DNA from: a virus
Taxonomy: Duplodnaviria > Heunggongvirae > Uroviricota > Caudoviricetes
IMG/VR virus record: IMGVR_UViG_3300013126_000013
Length of the DNA: 64,000 nt
Reading direction: 5' to 3' (one strand)
The notes beneath the pieces are model-generated. The model was not told where the DNA came from. It searched no databases and saw only the letters and a list, made by a program, of their open reading frames with translations. Positions 47,030 through 53,941 of the stretch are shown piece by piece (the first letter of the stretch is position 1; every line of letters starts with the position of its first letter). The translations under genes were made by a program, and so were the position numbers.

Positions 47030-47105
47030 TGGTGCTGCAAGAGGGAATCGAACCCCCGACCTGATGCTTACAAGGCAACTGCTCTACCGACTGAGCTACT
47101 ACAGC
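47030..47105 (-). tRNA. tRNA-Thr(UGU)
   Basis: cloverleaf: GCTGTAG..GCTCAGTCGGTAGAGC..loop CTTGTAA..GGGGGTTCGATTCCCTC..TTGCAGCACCA. Confidence 0.65.
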
Positions 47106-47112
47106 GTTATTT

Positions 47113-47185
47113 TGGAGCGGGTAGCCAGAATCGAACTGGTCTCCTACAGCTTGGAAGGCTGCCTGGCTACCATAGCCTTACCCGC
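47113..47185 (-). tRNA. tRNA-Gly(UCC)
   Basis: acceptor GCGGGTA/TACCCGC, anticodon loop CTTCCAA, T-loop TTCGATT, CCA encoded. Confidence 0.6.
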
Positions 47186-47263
47186 GTTATTCTTATTTAT
47201 ACTTCTCGCTCCGACCAGTCCATTTAGAGTTTGGACAAACTTGGGGCTAAAAAGCCACTCCAC

Positions 47264-47287
47264 CACCTGCTTTTACGAAAGCAGGAA
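47264..47287. other. perfect 8-bp hairpin (CCTGCTTT-TACG-AAAGCAGG)
   Basis: between HEG and tRNA-Gly; possible processing/termination structure. Confidence 0.3.
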
Positions 47288-47357
47288 AATTCGTCAGGAT
47301 CGTTTTGTCCGCTAAGACATCGAATATTATTTAGCGTTTTTGTTTGCTGAACCGATC

Positions 47358-47993
47358 CTATCTCTTACGACTTTTATACCATCCTTCTGGTATAATGTCA
47401 ACATCTTTTTTGATCTTCTTGTTCTCTTTACCGTCCGTTATCCACATCGTGCCGAACTGAGAATTTGAAGAACCAACATTCTTTGACTTACGCAACTTTT
47501 GTATCGTATCTTCTGAATGCTTCTTTCCTGTAAAGCCTCTACTGTTTTTGCCACCTAGAGAAGAATGAATTTTTCTTTTAGTTACAAAGTCATCATCTGT
47601 TTCCATAAGTCTTTTTATAACTCGTGCAGCTGCAGCAGATGCCTTTTTAGAAAAATTTGGATCTAACCTTCTTTGTTCATCTAAAGATACAGACTTTCCA
47701 CTCATGTTCAGATAACCAAATCCACCATTACCTCCTGGGCAAAGGTTGTAAGTGTCTTCTCTTAAGCAGAACTCTTCTGTTACCAACAGAGCTTCTTTAG
47801 CATTCATATCAGCTTCATTATCAAACTGGAAGAGAATTTCTTTCGTAAAGTTCTCGATTCCATGTTTGTTTTGAGCAGATTTTAGATGTTTACCAGAACC
47901 CATGTAACCATCATTCAAGTCTTTGGTCTGATGTTTTCCAATATAGATCTCGCCATTGATTAGGTTAGTGATCTTGTAGATTGTGTAGAACAT
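47358..47993 (-). mobile_element. GIY-YIG homing endonuclease gene (segB-like position in tRNA cluster)
   Basis: MFYTIYKITNLINGEIYIGKH GIY-YIG. Confidence 0.7.
47365..47404 (-). promoter_or_regulatory. phage promoter inside 3' end of HEG, driving tRNAs
   Basis: revcomp GTTGACATTATACCAGAAGGATGGTATAAA. Confidence 0.5.
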
Positions 47994-48048
47994 TGTTTGT
48001 ACTCATAGTTTTATGCCTTCGCTACTATTTATACAAACAATGTTCTCT

Positions 48049-48125
48049 GTGTCCGGATGGTGGGACTCGAACTCACGACCTACGGTACCCAAAACCGTCG
48101 CGCTACCAGACTGCGCTACACCCGG
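48049..48125 (-). tRNA. tRNA-Pro(UGG)
   Basis: CCGGGTG TA GCGC..loop TTTGGGT..TTCGAGT..CATCCGG A. Confidence 0.6.
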
Positions 48126-48243
48126 ATTATTCTTTGACGTACTCTCCCGTCTGAGTCACCTGGTGCCATCAGGTCAGAGTCAGTATAATCACCCAAACTA
48201 GTAATAGTCTTGCAGGGTTTTGGCGTATCTGACTACGCATATT

Positions 48244-48318
48244 TGGCAGGGGCCGTGGGAATTGAACCCACTTCTCAAGGTTTTGGAGACCTGCGGATTA
48301 CCACTTTCCTTGACCCCT
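48244..48318 (-). tRNA. tRNA-Trp(CCA)
   Basis: acceptor AGGGGTC/GGCCCCT, loop CTCCAAA, T-arm GTGGGTTCAATTCCCAC, CCA encoded. Confidence 0.55.
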
Positions 48319-48326
48319 ATAATCTT

Positions 48327-48402
48327 TGGCTCCCTGAGTAGGGCTTGAACCTACGACCCGCTGATTAACAGTCAGCTGCTCTACCAACTGAGCTATCAGG
48401 AA
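48327..48402 (-). tRNA. tRNA-Asn(GUU)
   Basis: GCTCAGTTGGTAGAGC D-arm, loop CTGTTAA, GTAGGTTCAAGCCCTAC. Confidence 0.65.
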
Positions 48403-48403
48403 T

Positions 48404-48800
48404 AAACTATTTGTCCATTGTACACCCGCAACGGACTAACGACTTGATAGGGTGACCCTCAGACTGAGTAGTTGAACTTCTGACATCTTTTAATGTTCAA
48501 CTTCTACGTGCCAACTCGTCTTCTCATGGTGTCGTCTTAACTTTATTCTCTGTTTTCAACGATACACCACCAAAGCGCTTGAAGCCCGAAGAGGTGGCAA
48601 CAGCTACTATGTCTACCCGCTTACATCTTTCGAATGGTGCACGTAGTGTATCTATGAAAACAGAGTACTCGTTATAACACTATTTATATTCGGGTCTTAC
48701 GGGTTTGTCCCTGCCCGATAATCAACTGGAACTTCTACCTTCATGATCTCGGATCGTCGTGGTTTTCTTGTTCCTTACTATTACAATCTATACTATTCTA
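48404..48800 (-). ncRNA. ~400-nt non-coding transcribed spacer (candidate small stable RNA(s))
   Basis: no ORF, no tRNA; lies between promoter at 48807 and tRNAs; near-repeats GTTGAACTTCT/GTTCAACTTCT. Confidence 0.3.
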
Positions 48801-48815
48801 CAGGAATGTCAACTA
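48775..48815 (-). promoter_or_regulatory. phage promoter (TTGACAT family) driving ncRNA/tRNA block
   Basis: CAATCTATACTATTCTACAGGAATGTCAACTAC. Confidence 0.6.
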
Positions 48816-49036
48816 CTATTTTTAGTTTTTCGCACTTTTTTCTTTTGATCTTGCATGAGGTGTAAATGCTTTTGATACAAGTGTTCTTCTTCTTGTTCTT
48901 CGCGAGTCTCGCGAATCGCTTTAATTGTTTTGATCAATTTACGATGCGCTCGAGCGACGAGTGATCGTTGGAATCGATCTTTACGAGAAGGTTTTTCGAA
49001 ATGGATTTCTACGTCTTCAGTAGTTACTTCAGTCAT
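48809..49036 (-). CDS. hypothetical Lys/Arg-rich protein (75 aa)
   Basis: GAGGTGAT RBS. Confidence 0.4.
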   Translation of the reverse strand: MTEVTTEDVEIHFEKPSRKDRFQRSLVARAHRKLIKTIKAIRETREEQEEEHLYQKHLHLMQDQKKKVRKTKNSS

Positions 49037-49059
49037 AACATCACCTCATTGTTGTTATA

Positions 49060-49147
49060 TGGCGGATGGAGGAGGAATCGAACCCCATAGGTTTCCCTAT
49101 GAACCGCTTTCCAGGCGGCCTCCCGCGCCAGCTAGGAGACTCCATCC
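49060..49147 (-). tRNA. tRNA-Ser(GGA), type II
   Basis: GGATGGA acceptor, loop CTGGAAA, long variable arm CATAGGGAAACCTATG, CCA encoded. Confidence 0.6.
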
Positions 49148-49171
49148 ATACTTTGAGGTTTGCTATATTTA

Positions 49172-49259
49172 TGGCAGAAGGTAGAAGCATCGAACTTCTG
49201 ACGAATTAACGTCACCCGGGCTTTCGAGACCCGTTGAGGAGCCAACCTCGGTACCTTCC
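49172..49259 (-). tRNA. tRNA-Ser(CGA), type II
   Basis: GGAAGGT/ACCTTCT acceptor, loop CTCGAAA, long variable arm, CCA encoded. Confidence 0.55.
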
Positions 49260-49263
49260 ATAT

Positions 49264-49353
49264 TGGCGGATACGGCAGGATTTGAACCTGCGGACCCCTT
49301 TCGGGATCGACGGTTTAGCAAACCGCTGGTTTAAGCCACTCACCCACGTATCC
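49264..49353 (-). tRNA. tRNA-Ser(GCU), type II
   Basis: GGATACG/CGTATCC acceptor, loop TTGCTAA, variable arm GATCCCGAAAGGGGTC, T-arm GCAGGTTCAAATCCTGC. Confidence 0.6.
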
Positions 49354-49357
49354 AATA

Positions 49358-49732
49358 TTATCCAGCAGATCGAGTAATGAAGTTCAATCTGATCTTTTCT
49401 GGGCTAAAGTACTTAGCGATAAGTTCTTCTGCAATCTTTACGTCAACAGTCTTGCACGAGAAGATGTCAATATATGCATCACCATTTGAGTCAACAAGAT
49501 GCCCAGAGATATTGCTTGTCTCGATCATCTGAATAAAGCTGATACCAGCCTTGTCAGGTGCATGTGTAGCAAAATGCTCGATCATTGGTTCGCCATATGC
49601 AATCATATCGATCGCTGGCACCAACTCTTTAATGAAGTTGTAAACGTTTTCTTTGCTTGTAATTTTGTCAATGTCACATGCGGCGCAGTCGAACATTGCG
49701 TGATAGCCCCAATAAGCCATAGTATCCTCCAT
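49358..49732 (-). CDS. speD: S-adenosylmethionine decarboxylase-like (SpeD class 1b, pyruvoyl-dependent) protein
   Basis: GYHAMFDCAACD and GISFIQMIETSNISGHL..IDIFSC parallel SpeH (HLVAEFYECD..VVVISESHLTIHTWPE..IDLFTCG). Confidence 0.5.
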   Translation of the reverse strand: MEDTMAYWGYHAMFDCAACDIDKITSKENVYNFIKELVPAIDMIAYGEPMIEHFATHAPDKAGISFIQMIETSNISGHLVDSNGDAYIDIFSCKTVDVKIAEELIAKYFSPEKIRLNFITRSAG

Positions 49733-49738
49733 TATTGT

Positions 49739-49815
49739 TGGTGCCCTTGGTGAGACTCGAACTCACACTTTCCGGAGTTTGAAGCCGGTGACTCTACCAA
49801 TTGGCCTACAAGGGC
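49739..49815 (-). tRNA. tRNA, type-I body with anticodon CAA (Leu codon UUG) - atypical
   Basis: acceptor GCCCTTG/CAAGGGC A CCA; D-arm GGCCAATTGGTAGAGTC; stem CCGGC/TCCGG, loop TTCAAAC; no long variable arm. Confidence 0.45.
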
Positions 49816-49816
49816 G

Positions 49817-50092
49817 TTATCTACGATTGTCTTTCAGTTGCTCGAGAACTCGTTTCGCCTTTTCACGAAACGCTGCATCAGTAACGGTATCAGAGTCAAC
49901 GTCATTGCGAAGAGTGTACTTGATGCCTTCGTACCGATACAGCGCTTCTTCCATCGCCGAAGCATGAAACTGAATCCGCTCAACTGTTGCTTTGAGCATC
50001 GAGAAATCGTACGTTTCTAACATCTTTCGAATAGTATCAAGTTCGGAACAAATGTAACGGTTCACATCAATTGTGTACGGTACTTTCGACAT
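49817..50092 (-). CDS. hypothetical protein (91 aa; start moved downstream of tRNA)
   Basis: GAGGATGAG RBS before MSKVPY. Confidence 0.4.
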   Translation of the reverse strand: MSKVPYTIDVNRYICSELDTIRKMLETYDFSMLKATVERIQFHASAMEEALYRYEGIKYTLRNDVDSDTVTDAAFREKAKRVLEQLKDNRR

Positions 50093-50117
50093 CTCATCCT
50101 CATTTTGATTTTGAATT

Positions 50118-50193
50118 GGTGCGGATAGAGGGACTCGAACCCCCAACATGCGCGTTCTAAGCGCGCCGACTCTACCAATTGGCCTATATCCGC
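50118..50193 (-). tRNA. tRNA, type-I body with anticodon UAG (Leu codon CUA) - atypical
   Basis: acceptor GCGGATA/TATCCGC A CCA; same D-arm as 49739..49815; perfect stem GCGCG/CGCGC, loop CTTAGAA. Confidence 0.5.
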
Positions 50194-50298
50194 GATATCT
50201 GGTCGGTTTTAAGTTATCCGAAAACTATCAACCCATACTATGCCCAAGCAGCTTGGAAGCCGGCTATCTATTCTCTGGTTGTCCGAACATTCGATCTT

Positions 50299-50374
50299 TG
50301 GTGCGGAATGAGAGGGTCGAACTCCCGACATCTTCGGTGTAAACGAAGCGCTACTACCACTGAGCTAATTCCGC
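50299..50374 (-). tRNA. tRNA-Val(UAC)
   Basis: GCGGAAT..loop TTTACAC..GGGAGTTCGACCCTCTC..ATTCCGC A CCA. Confidence 0.6.
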
Positions 50375-50538
50375 TTAAGTTTATTCCTCAAGTCATTCAG
50401 ACTTGTTTCTCTTTGCTGTGCTTCTACGTTAACCTTTGGTTCTTCGACATCATTATGAATGACTGCATTACCTTCAATTCGGCTTCGCAACTCAGCAATT
50501 CGTTTACGTAAAGAAGCAATTTCAGTTTGAAAATCCAT
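50365..50538 (-). CDS. small coiled-coil protein (57 aa)
   Basis: sub-threshold ORF, GGAGATG RBS; stop lies in tRNA-Val 5' end. Confidence 0.3.
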   Translation of the reverse strand: MDFQTEIASLRKRIAELRSRIEGNAVIHNDVEEPKVNVEAQQRETSLNDLRNKLKRN

Positions 50539-50552
50539 TGCATCTCCAATTT

Positions 50553-50626
50553 TGGCGACCTATGAGGGACTCGAACCCTCTTCACCCGGTGGACAGCCGA
50601 GCGTAATACCCATATACGAATAGGCC
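50553..50626 (-). tRNA. tRNA-Asp(GUC)
   Basis: GGCCTAT/ATAGGTC, loop CTGTCCA, GAGGGTTCGAGTCCCTC, CCA encoded. Confidence 0.55.
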
Positions 50627-50629
50627 AAT

Positions 50630-50669
50630 TCTTGTTTAATCTATACTATCTACTTGGTAGTGTCAACTA
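50630..50669 (-). promoter_or_regulatory. phage promoter (TTGACAT family)
   Basis: CTATACTATCTACTTGGTAGTGTCAACTAC. Confidence 0.5.
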
Positions 50670-50910
50670 CTTTTTTCAAGTAGTCGTAAGTTTCTTCATA
50701 AGTCTTAAAGACCTTCGTTCCATGCTTGCTCATGACTCTCACTGACGATCCAAAGCATTGAACACGTCCAAAACCTGGGTACCTACCGTTGCCAAGGAAT
50801 CGAGAGTTCCATCGGGTACGGCGACGTACAGGATCATGAAACAGATGAGGTATGCTAAGAATAGTGCTGCAATTTGCATAGAACTCTTCTTTCTCTTGAA
50901 TTGTTTTCAT
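50650..50910 (-). CDS. hypothetical protein (86 aa; start after tRNA)
   Basis: ORF; listed 110-aa ORF overlaps tRNA-Gly. Confidence 0.4.
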   Translation of the reverse strand: MKTIQEKEEFYANCSTILSIPHLFHDPVRRRTRWNSRFLGNGRYPGFGRVQCFGSSVRVMSKHGTKVFKTYEETYDYLKKVVDTTK

Positions 50911-50921
50911 ATTATACTTTC

Positions 50922-50996
50922 TGGAGCGGAGAATGGGGATCGAACCCACGACCATCTCGTTGGCAACGAGAAGCTCTACCACTGAGCTACCTCCGC
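50922..50996 (-). tRNA. tRNA-Gly(GCC)
   Basis: GCGGAGG TA GCTCAGTGGTAGAGC, loop TTGCCAA, GTGGGTTCGATCCCCAT, CCA encoded. Confidence 0.65.
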
Positions 50997-51002
50997 GTTA
51001 TT

Positions 51003-51041
51003 TGGTGGACCCTAGCGGGATCGAACCGCTAACTCCTAATT
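51003..51041 (-). pseudogene. tRNA 3' half (positions ~37-76 of a split tRNA-Ala-like gene)
   Basis: AATTAGGAGTTAGCGGTTCGATCCCGCTAGGGTCCACCA; acceptor 3' strand pairs with 5' half at 51668..51698 incl. G3:U70. Confidence 0.55.
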
Positions 51042-51617
51042 TATGGTGGAGGATAAGGGAGTCGAACCCTTGACTCTGCCTTGCAAGGGCAGCGTGTTCC
51101 CACTAGCACCAATCCCCCATTTGTCTTTTACTAATTCCTCAATCAAAGGAACTACTTCATTTGACCATTTACTATGAACCATTTCGTGATGATTTGGACA
51201 TAAGGGTATCAAATTTTTTGGTTCATTATTGTAATGATTTTCATCAATGTGATGAACCGCAACTACTTTATCAAATCCACAAATTGCACATTCACATTTC
51301 CAATTTTGAAATGCTATAGTTCTGTAGTGTGTAGCATTATCCTTCCACCATTCTTGCCTATTGTTTGCGCAAGACCTAGAGCAATAATACTTATCTTTCT
51401 GAGGATGAAGTTTTTCTCGTTCTGTTACTAAAAACTTATTAGAACAACATAAACATTCAACTTCAAATTCCTTTAATTCACCAAACTGACTAATAGTTCC
51501 TTGCGCTTTATTCCAATTATCCCTTTTAGGATTATGTTCACACCAACGACTATGATTAGCCTTTTCCGAAGTAGTTGAGAAATTAAACTCTATTTTGCAA
51601 TGTTTGCATTTCCACAT
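51036..51617 (-). mobile_element. HNH homing endonuclease gene with N-terminal Zn-finger
   Basis: CECAICGFDKVVAVHHIDENHYNNEPKNLIPLCPNHHEMVH; ORF 3' end reads through tRNA-Ala. Confidence 0.65.
51044..51118 (-). tRNA. tRNA-Ala(UGC) (intact; G3:U70)
   Basis: GGGGGAT..loop CTTGCAA..AAGGGTTCGACTCCCTT..ATCCTCC A CCA. Confidence 0.65.
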
Positions 51618-51667
51618 TCGAATTACCTCCTATTATGGAGTATTTATAATTCGCATATTTTCAGCAA

Positions 51668-51698
51668 ATCAGGCGCTCTCCCAACTGAGCTAAGAGCC
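51668..51698 (-). pseudogene. tRNA 5' half (acceptor + canonical D-arm + 5' anticodon stem) of split tRNA-Ala-like gene
   Basis: GGGCTCT TA GCTCAGTTGGGAGAGC G CCTGA TTTGC..; near-identical to E. coli tRNA-Ala(UGC) 5' half. Confidence 0.55.
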
Positions 51699-51702
51699 CG
51701 AA

Positions 51703-51725
51703 ACTATCTAGAGGGGACCTATTCC
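51703..51725. other. perfect 7-bp hairpin CTAGAGG-9nt-CCTCTAG beside split tRNA half
   Basis: inverted repeat in sequence. Confidence 0.3.
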
Positions 51726-51812
51726 TCTAGCAGGTAGATGATGCGTGATCGCCTCAACGAGTCAGGTCGAGAACTCTCAGCAGTGATCAGTGGGATCATC
51801 TACAATATTGGC

Positions 51813-51900
51813 AGAGAGCGGGTGGTATCGAACCCCAACCGGGTACTAGCCGGTCCACTAGTTTTCAAGACTAGGCTGCAGACCTCTGCAGATCACTCTC
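51813..51900 (-). tRNA. tRNA-Ser(UGA), type II (weak T-stem)
   Basis: GAGAGTG, D-stem CTGC/GCAG, perfect stem CTAGT/ACTAG loop CTTGAAA, long variable arm; CCA not encoded. Confidence 0.45.
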
Positions 51901-51908
51901 CATGGAAT

Positions 51909-51983
51909 TGGCACCAGTGGAAGGAATCGAACCCTCTACGCGCGGTTTTGGAGACCGCCGCTCTACCACTGAGCTACACCGAT
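51909..51983 (-). tRNA. tRNA-Trp(CCA), second copy
   Basis: ATCGGTG TA GCTCAGTGGTAGAGC, stem GCGGT/ACCGC loop CTCCAAA, GAGGGTTCGATTCCTTC, CCA encoded. Confidence 0.55.
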
Positions 51984-52051
51984 ATAAAATTTCAGCCGGT
52001 GAATTCTTTTGTACGTGCGGCCGGATCCGTCACAATTTCTGACTAAAGACA

Positions 52052-52124
52052 AAACTGTAATAGGGATCGAACCCATATCTCCCCGCCGTTCCGCAAGGCG
52101 TGCTATCCATTGCACCATACAGTC
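52052..52124 (-). tRNA. tRNA-like gene, anticodon arm non-canonical (8-nt loop or 6-bp stem); anticodon unresolved
   Basis: acceptor GACTGTA/TACAGTT, D-arm GTGCAATGGATAGCAC, T-arm ATGGGTTCGATCCCTAT. Confidence 0.35.
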
Positions 52125-52338
52125 TACTAGTTCGCTTTCTCGGCAAAGACTGCTACTGTAGTTCTCTAGTCAAGGCAATTGCCGCTGCCTATATAAATTC
52201 CTGGGCATCTCGCAATTGGGACTCTTACCCCTGCATCCAAGCTATGACTCAGACCGTGTTTCCCGATACGCCGAGTAGCCCTGTGGCGTATGTAGTGTTC
52301 TCATTGTAGTAGATGTCGACCTCTTCTACAACGTTTTA
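52125..52338 (-). ncRNA. ~210-nt non-coding spacer within tRNA cluster (candidate stable RNA)
   Basis: no ORF/tRNA; GGCAATTGCC palindrome. Confidence 0.25.
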
Positions 52339-52412
52339 TTGGTGCTCCTGGAATGAGTCGAACATTCGTAAGCAGGCTTCGTAGACCCGCCACCGGATCC
52401 GCCGGCAGAAGC
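52339..52412 (-). tRNA. tRNA-Arg(ACG)-like with compact D-region
   Basis: acceptor GCTTCTG/CAGGAGC A CCA, loop CTACGAA, perfect T-arm GAATGTTCGACTCATTC; D region CCGGCGGATCCGG. Confidence 0.45.
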
Positions 52413-52413
52413 G

Positions 52414-52719
52414 TTATGGCATATAAAGACCTTCGATCTGTGGATCAACAATCATTTCAGGCATGTCATCAATCCAAACATCGATATTAATCTTGTGAAC
52501 GTGAAGCATAAAGTCTCGTTTAGGGCGTAGGCCTGTTCCGAAGCAATTCTCAGCACCGATGATACGACCAATAGTATACTTGGGATCATCCATGTGTTGA
52601 ATGCCACGAGCAGATACACAGTAAACTTTATGTCCACGGTCAAGAGCTTGTTGTGCGAACCAATTCCACAACAGTGGATCTTTGGTGTAGGTGTCATCGT
52701 AGTCAATCGAGATATTCAT
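52414..52719 (-). CDS. hypothetical protein (101 aa; start after internal promoter)
   Basis: GAGGAG RBS before MNISIDYDD. Confidence 0.45.
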   Translation of the reverse strand: MNISIDYDDTYTKDPLLWNWFAQQALDRGHKVYCVSARGIQHMDDPKYTIGRIIGAENCFGTGLRPKRDFMLHVHKINIDVWIDDMPEMIVDPQIEGLYMP

Positions 52720-52724
52720 CTTTT

Positions 52725-52769
52725 TCTCCTCTACACCATCATAATCTAAACTGTTCCACATGTCAACCT
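52725..52769 (-). promoter_or_regulatory. phage promoter (TTGACA-17-TATGAT)
   Basis: revcomp GTTGACATGTGGAACAGTTTAGATTATGAT. Confidence 0.6.
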
Positions 52770-52774
52770 CTAAA

Positions 52775-52848
52775 TGGTGCTGCTAGAAAGAATCGAACTT
52801 TCTTCTCATCCGTACCAAGGACGTATAATACCAGTATACTATAGCAGC
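52775..52848 (-). tRNA. tRNA-Thr(GGU)
   Basis: GCTGCTA/TAGCAGC, loop TTGGTAC, AAAGTTCGATTCTTTC, CCA encoded. Confidence 0.6.
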
Positions 52849-52853
52849 GTTAT

Positions 52854-52927
52854 TGGTGTTCCCACCAGGAATCGAGCCTGGGCCTTCTCCGTGTCGAGGA
52901 GATGAGCTTCCATTACACCATGGGAAC
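52854..52927 (-). tRNA. tRNA (anticodon GAC, Val?) with irregular D-stem
   Basis: GTTCCCA/TGGGAAC A CCA, stem TCTCC/GGAGA loop TCGACAC, T-arm CCAGGCTCGATTCCTGG. Confidence 0.4.
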
Positions 52928-52932
52928 ATTGT

Positions 52933-53010
52933 TGGTGCGGCCACCGGGAATCGAACCCGGTTCTCAAGCTTGAGAGGCCGGCGACCATCGCCAAGTAGTC
53001 CTACGCGAGT
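52933..53010 (-). pseudogene. tRNA-like 3' fragment containing perfect palindrome TCTCAAGCTTGAGA
   Basis: good T-arm CCGGGTTCGATTCCCGG + TGGCCGC A CCA, but no complementary 5' acceptor strand. Confidence 0.4.
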
Positions 53011-53088
53011 TGGTACAGCGTACGGGTATCGAACCCGTCATCTCCGAATTGAAAGTACGGCGACCACCCCATCTAGTCCGACGCTGCA
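53011..53088 (-). tRNA. tRNA-Glu(UUC)
   Basis: GCAGCGT/ACGCTGT A CCA, loop CTTTCAA, ACGGGTTCGATACCCGT. Confidence 0.55.
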
Positions 53089-53146
53089 TAAATTTCAGGG
53101 GCATGATTGCTTTGAAATGCCGAAGCCCAGCGGCATTGGGGTTTAT

Positions 53147-53234
53147 TGGTGGGAGTGAAGGGAATCGAACCCAACATGCGTTACCGCGACAGATTTACAG
53201 TCTGCTGCCTCACCTTGAGGCGTCACTCCCAAAC
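53147..53234 (-). tRNA. tRNA-Tyr(GUA), type II
   Basis: GGGAGTG/CACTCCC A CCA, loop CTGTAAA, variable arm CGCGGTAACGCA. Confidence 0.55.
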
Positions 53235-53239
53235 TTGGT

Positions 53240-53310
53240 AGCGCCAGATGGACTCGAACCATCCCTACGGGCTTATGAGACCCATGTCAGCACCTGCTGT
53301 GTCGCCATAA
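53240..53310 (-). tRNA. tRNA-Met(CAU), initiator-like (GGG:CCC anticodon stem, acceptor mismatch)
   Basis: stem TGGGT/GCCCG, loop CTCATAA, GATGGTTCGAGTCCATC, TGGCGCT A CCA. Confidence 0.5.
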
Positions 53311-53316
53311 TTTGGT

Positions 53317-53390
53317 GTTCCTACAAGGTAACGATCCTTGGTCTCTCGCTTATCAGGCGAACGCTCTACCTTTGAGCTATAGGAACATGT
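53317..53390 (-). tRNA. tRNA-Ile(GAU)
   Basis: GTTCCTA TA GCTCAAAGGTAGAGC, loop CTGATAA, T-loop ATCGTTA, TAGGAAC A CCA. Confidence 0.6.
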
Positions 53391-53392
53391 TA

Positions 53393-53433
53393 ATCTAACA
53401 CTATACTAATTGAAGACGAATGTCAACAACTAT
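53393..53433 (-). promoter_or_regulatory. phage promoter (TTGACAT family)
   Basis: CACTATACTAATTGAAGACGAATGTCAACAAC. Confidence 0.55.
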
Positions 53434-53454
53434 TTTCATAGTACTTAATTTGGT

Positions 53455-53530
53455 GCACTTGGAGAGAATCGAACTCCCGACACCAGGATCTTCAATCCCG
53501 TGCTCTACCGTCTGAGCTACAAGTGCGTTA
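53455..53530 (-). tRNA. tRNA-Phe(GAA)
   Basis: GCACTTG TA GCTCAGACGGTAGAGC A CGGGA TTGAAGA TCCTG..GGGAGTTCGATTCTCTC CAAGTGC A CCA. Confidence 0.7.
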
Positions 53531-53535
53531 TTGGT

Positions 53536-53605
53536 CAGGATGGCGGGAATCGAACCCACGCCGGAAGCTTCCAAGGCCGCCACGCTACCACTACGCTACA
53601 TCCTG
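53536..53605 (-). pseudogene. tRNA-like gene with anticodon arm replaced by palindrome GGAAGCTTCC
   Basis: perfect acceptor CAGGATG/CATCCTG A CCA, D-arm and T-arm present; no 5-7-5 anticodon stem-loop can be drawn. Confidence 0.4.
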
Positions 53606-53680
53606 TTTATGAGTTTGGCTCTACCTCCTCGTAGGCGACTTAGCTACACTTCAAGTTTGCAGTACCGTGAATGTGTTTTG

Positions 53681-53760
53681 CTCGGTCGGCTGGGATCGAA
53701 CCAGCGCCATATTGGGTCTCCGGTTAACAGCCGGGCGCATTACCACTCTGCCACGACCGA
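53681..53760 (-). tRNA. tRNA (anticodon GUU?, extended variable region)
   Basis: perfect acceptor TCGGTCG/CGACCGA, loop CTGTTAA in CCGG stem, T-arm GCTGGTTCGATCCCAGC; CCA not encoded. Confidence 0.4.
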
Positions 53761-53777
53761 GCAAAACACACTTTATT

Positions 53778-53853
53778 TGGCTGCCCCTCGTGGACTCGAA
53801 CCACGGTTTCCTGTTTCAGAGACAGGCGTCCTACCGGCATAGACGAAGGGGCA
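53778..53853 (-). tRNA. tRNA-Gln(CUG)
   Basis: TGCCCCT/AGGGGCA G CCA, perfect stem CCTGT/ACAGG loop CTCTGAA, CGTGGTTCGAGTCCACG. Confidence 0.65.
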
Positions 53854-53860
53854 AAAGTAT

Positions 53861-53935
53861 TGGCTGGGAAGGGTGGATTCGAACCACCGGCCTGCTGATT
53901 CAAAGTCAGTTATTCTACCACTGAACTACTTCCCA
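53861..53935 (-). tRNA. tRNA-Gln(UUG)
   Basis: TGGGAAG/CTTCCCA G CCA, loop CTTTGAA, GGTGGTTCGAATCCACC. Confidence 0.65.
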
Positions 53936-53941
53936 ACATTT

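Noticed and set aside
48126-48243. Possible additional tRNA between tRNA-Pro and tRNA-Trp (segment ending ..GATGGCACCA)
   Set aside because: No T-loop (TTCRA) or D-arm could be drawn; only a CCA-terminated stretch is present. It is left unannotated as spacer.
51036-51698. Group I intron (with HNH ORF) inside tRNA-Ala as explanation for the split tRNA
   Set aside because: The ~625-bp interruption is almost fully occupied by the HNH ORF and a complete second tRNA. No room remains for a ribozyme core, and the same layout recurs with GIY-YIG and Vsr-like HEGs. An insertion cassette fits better, though splicing has not been excluded experimentally.
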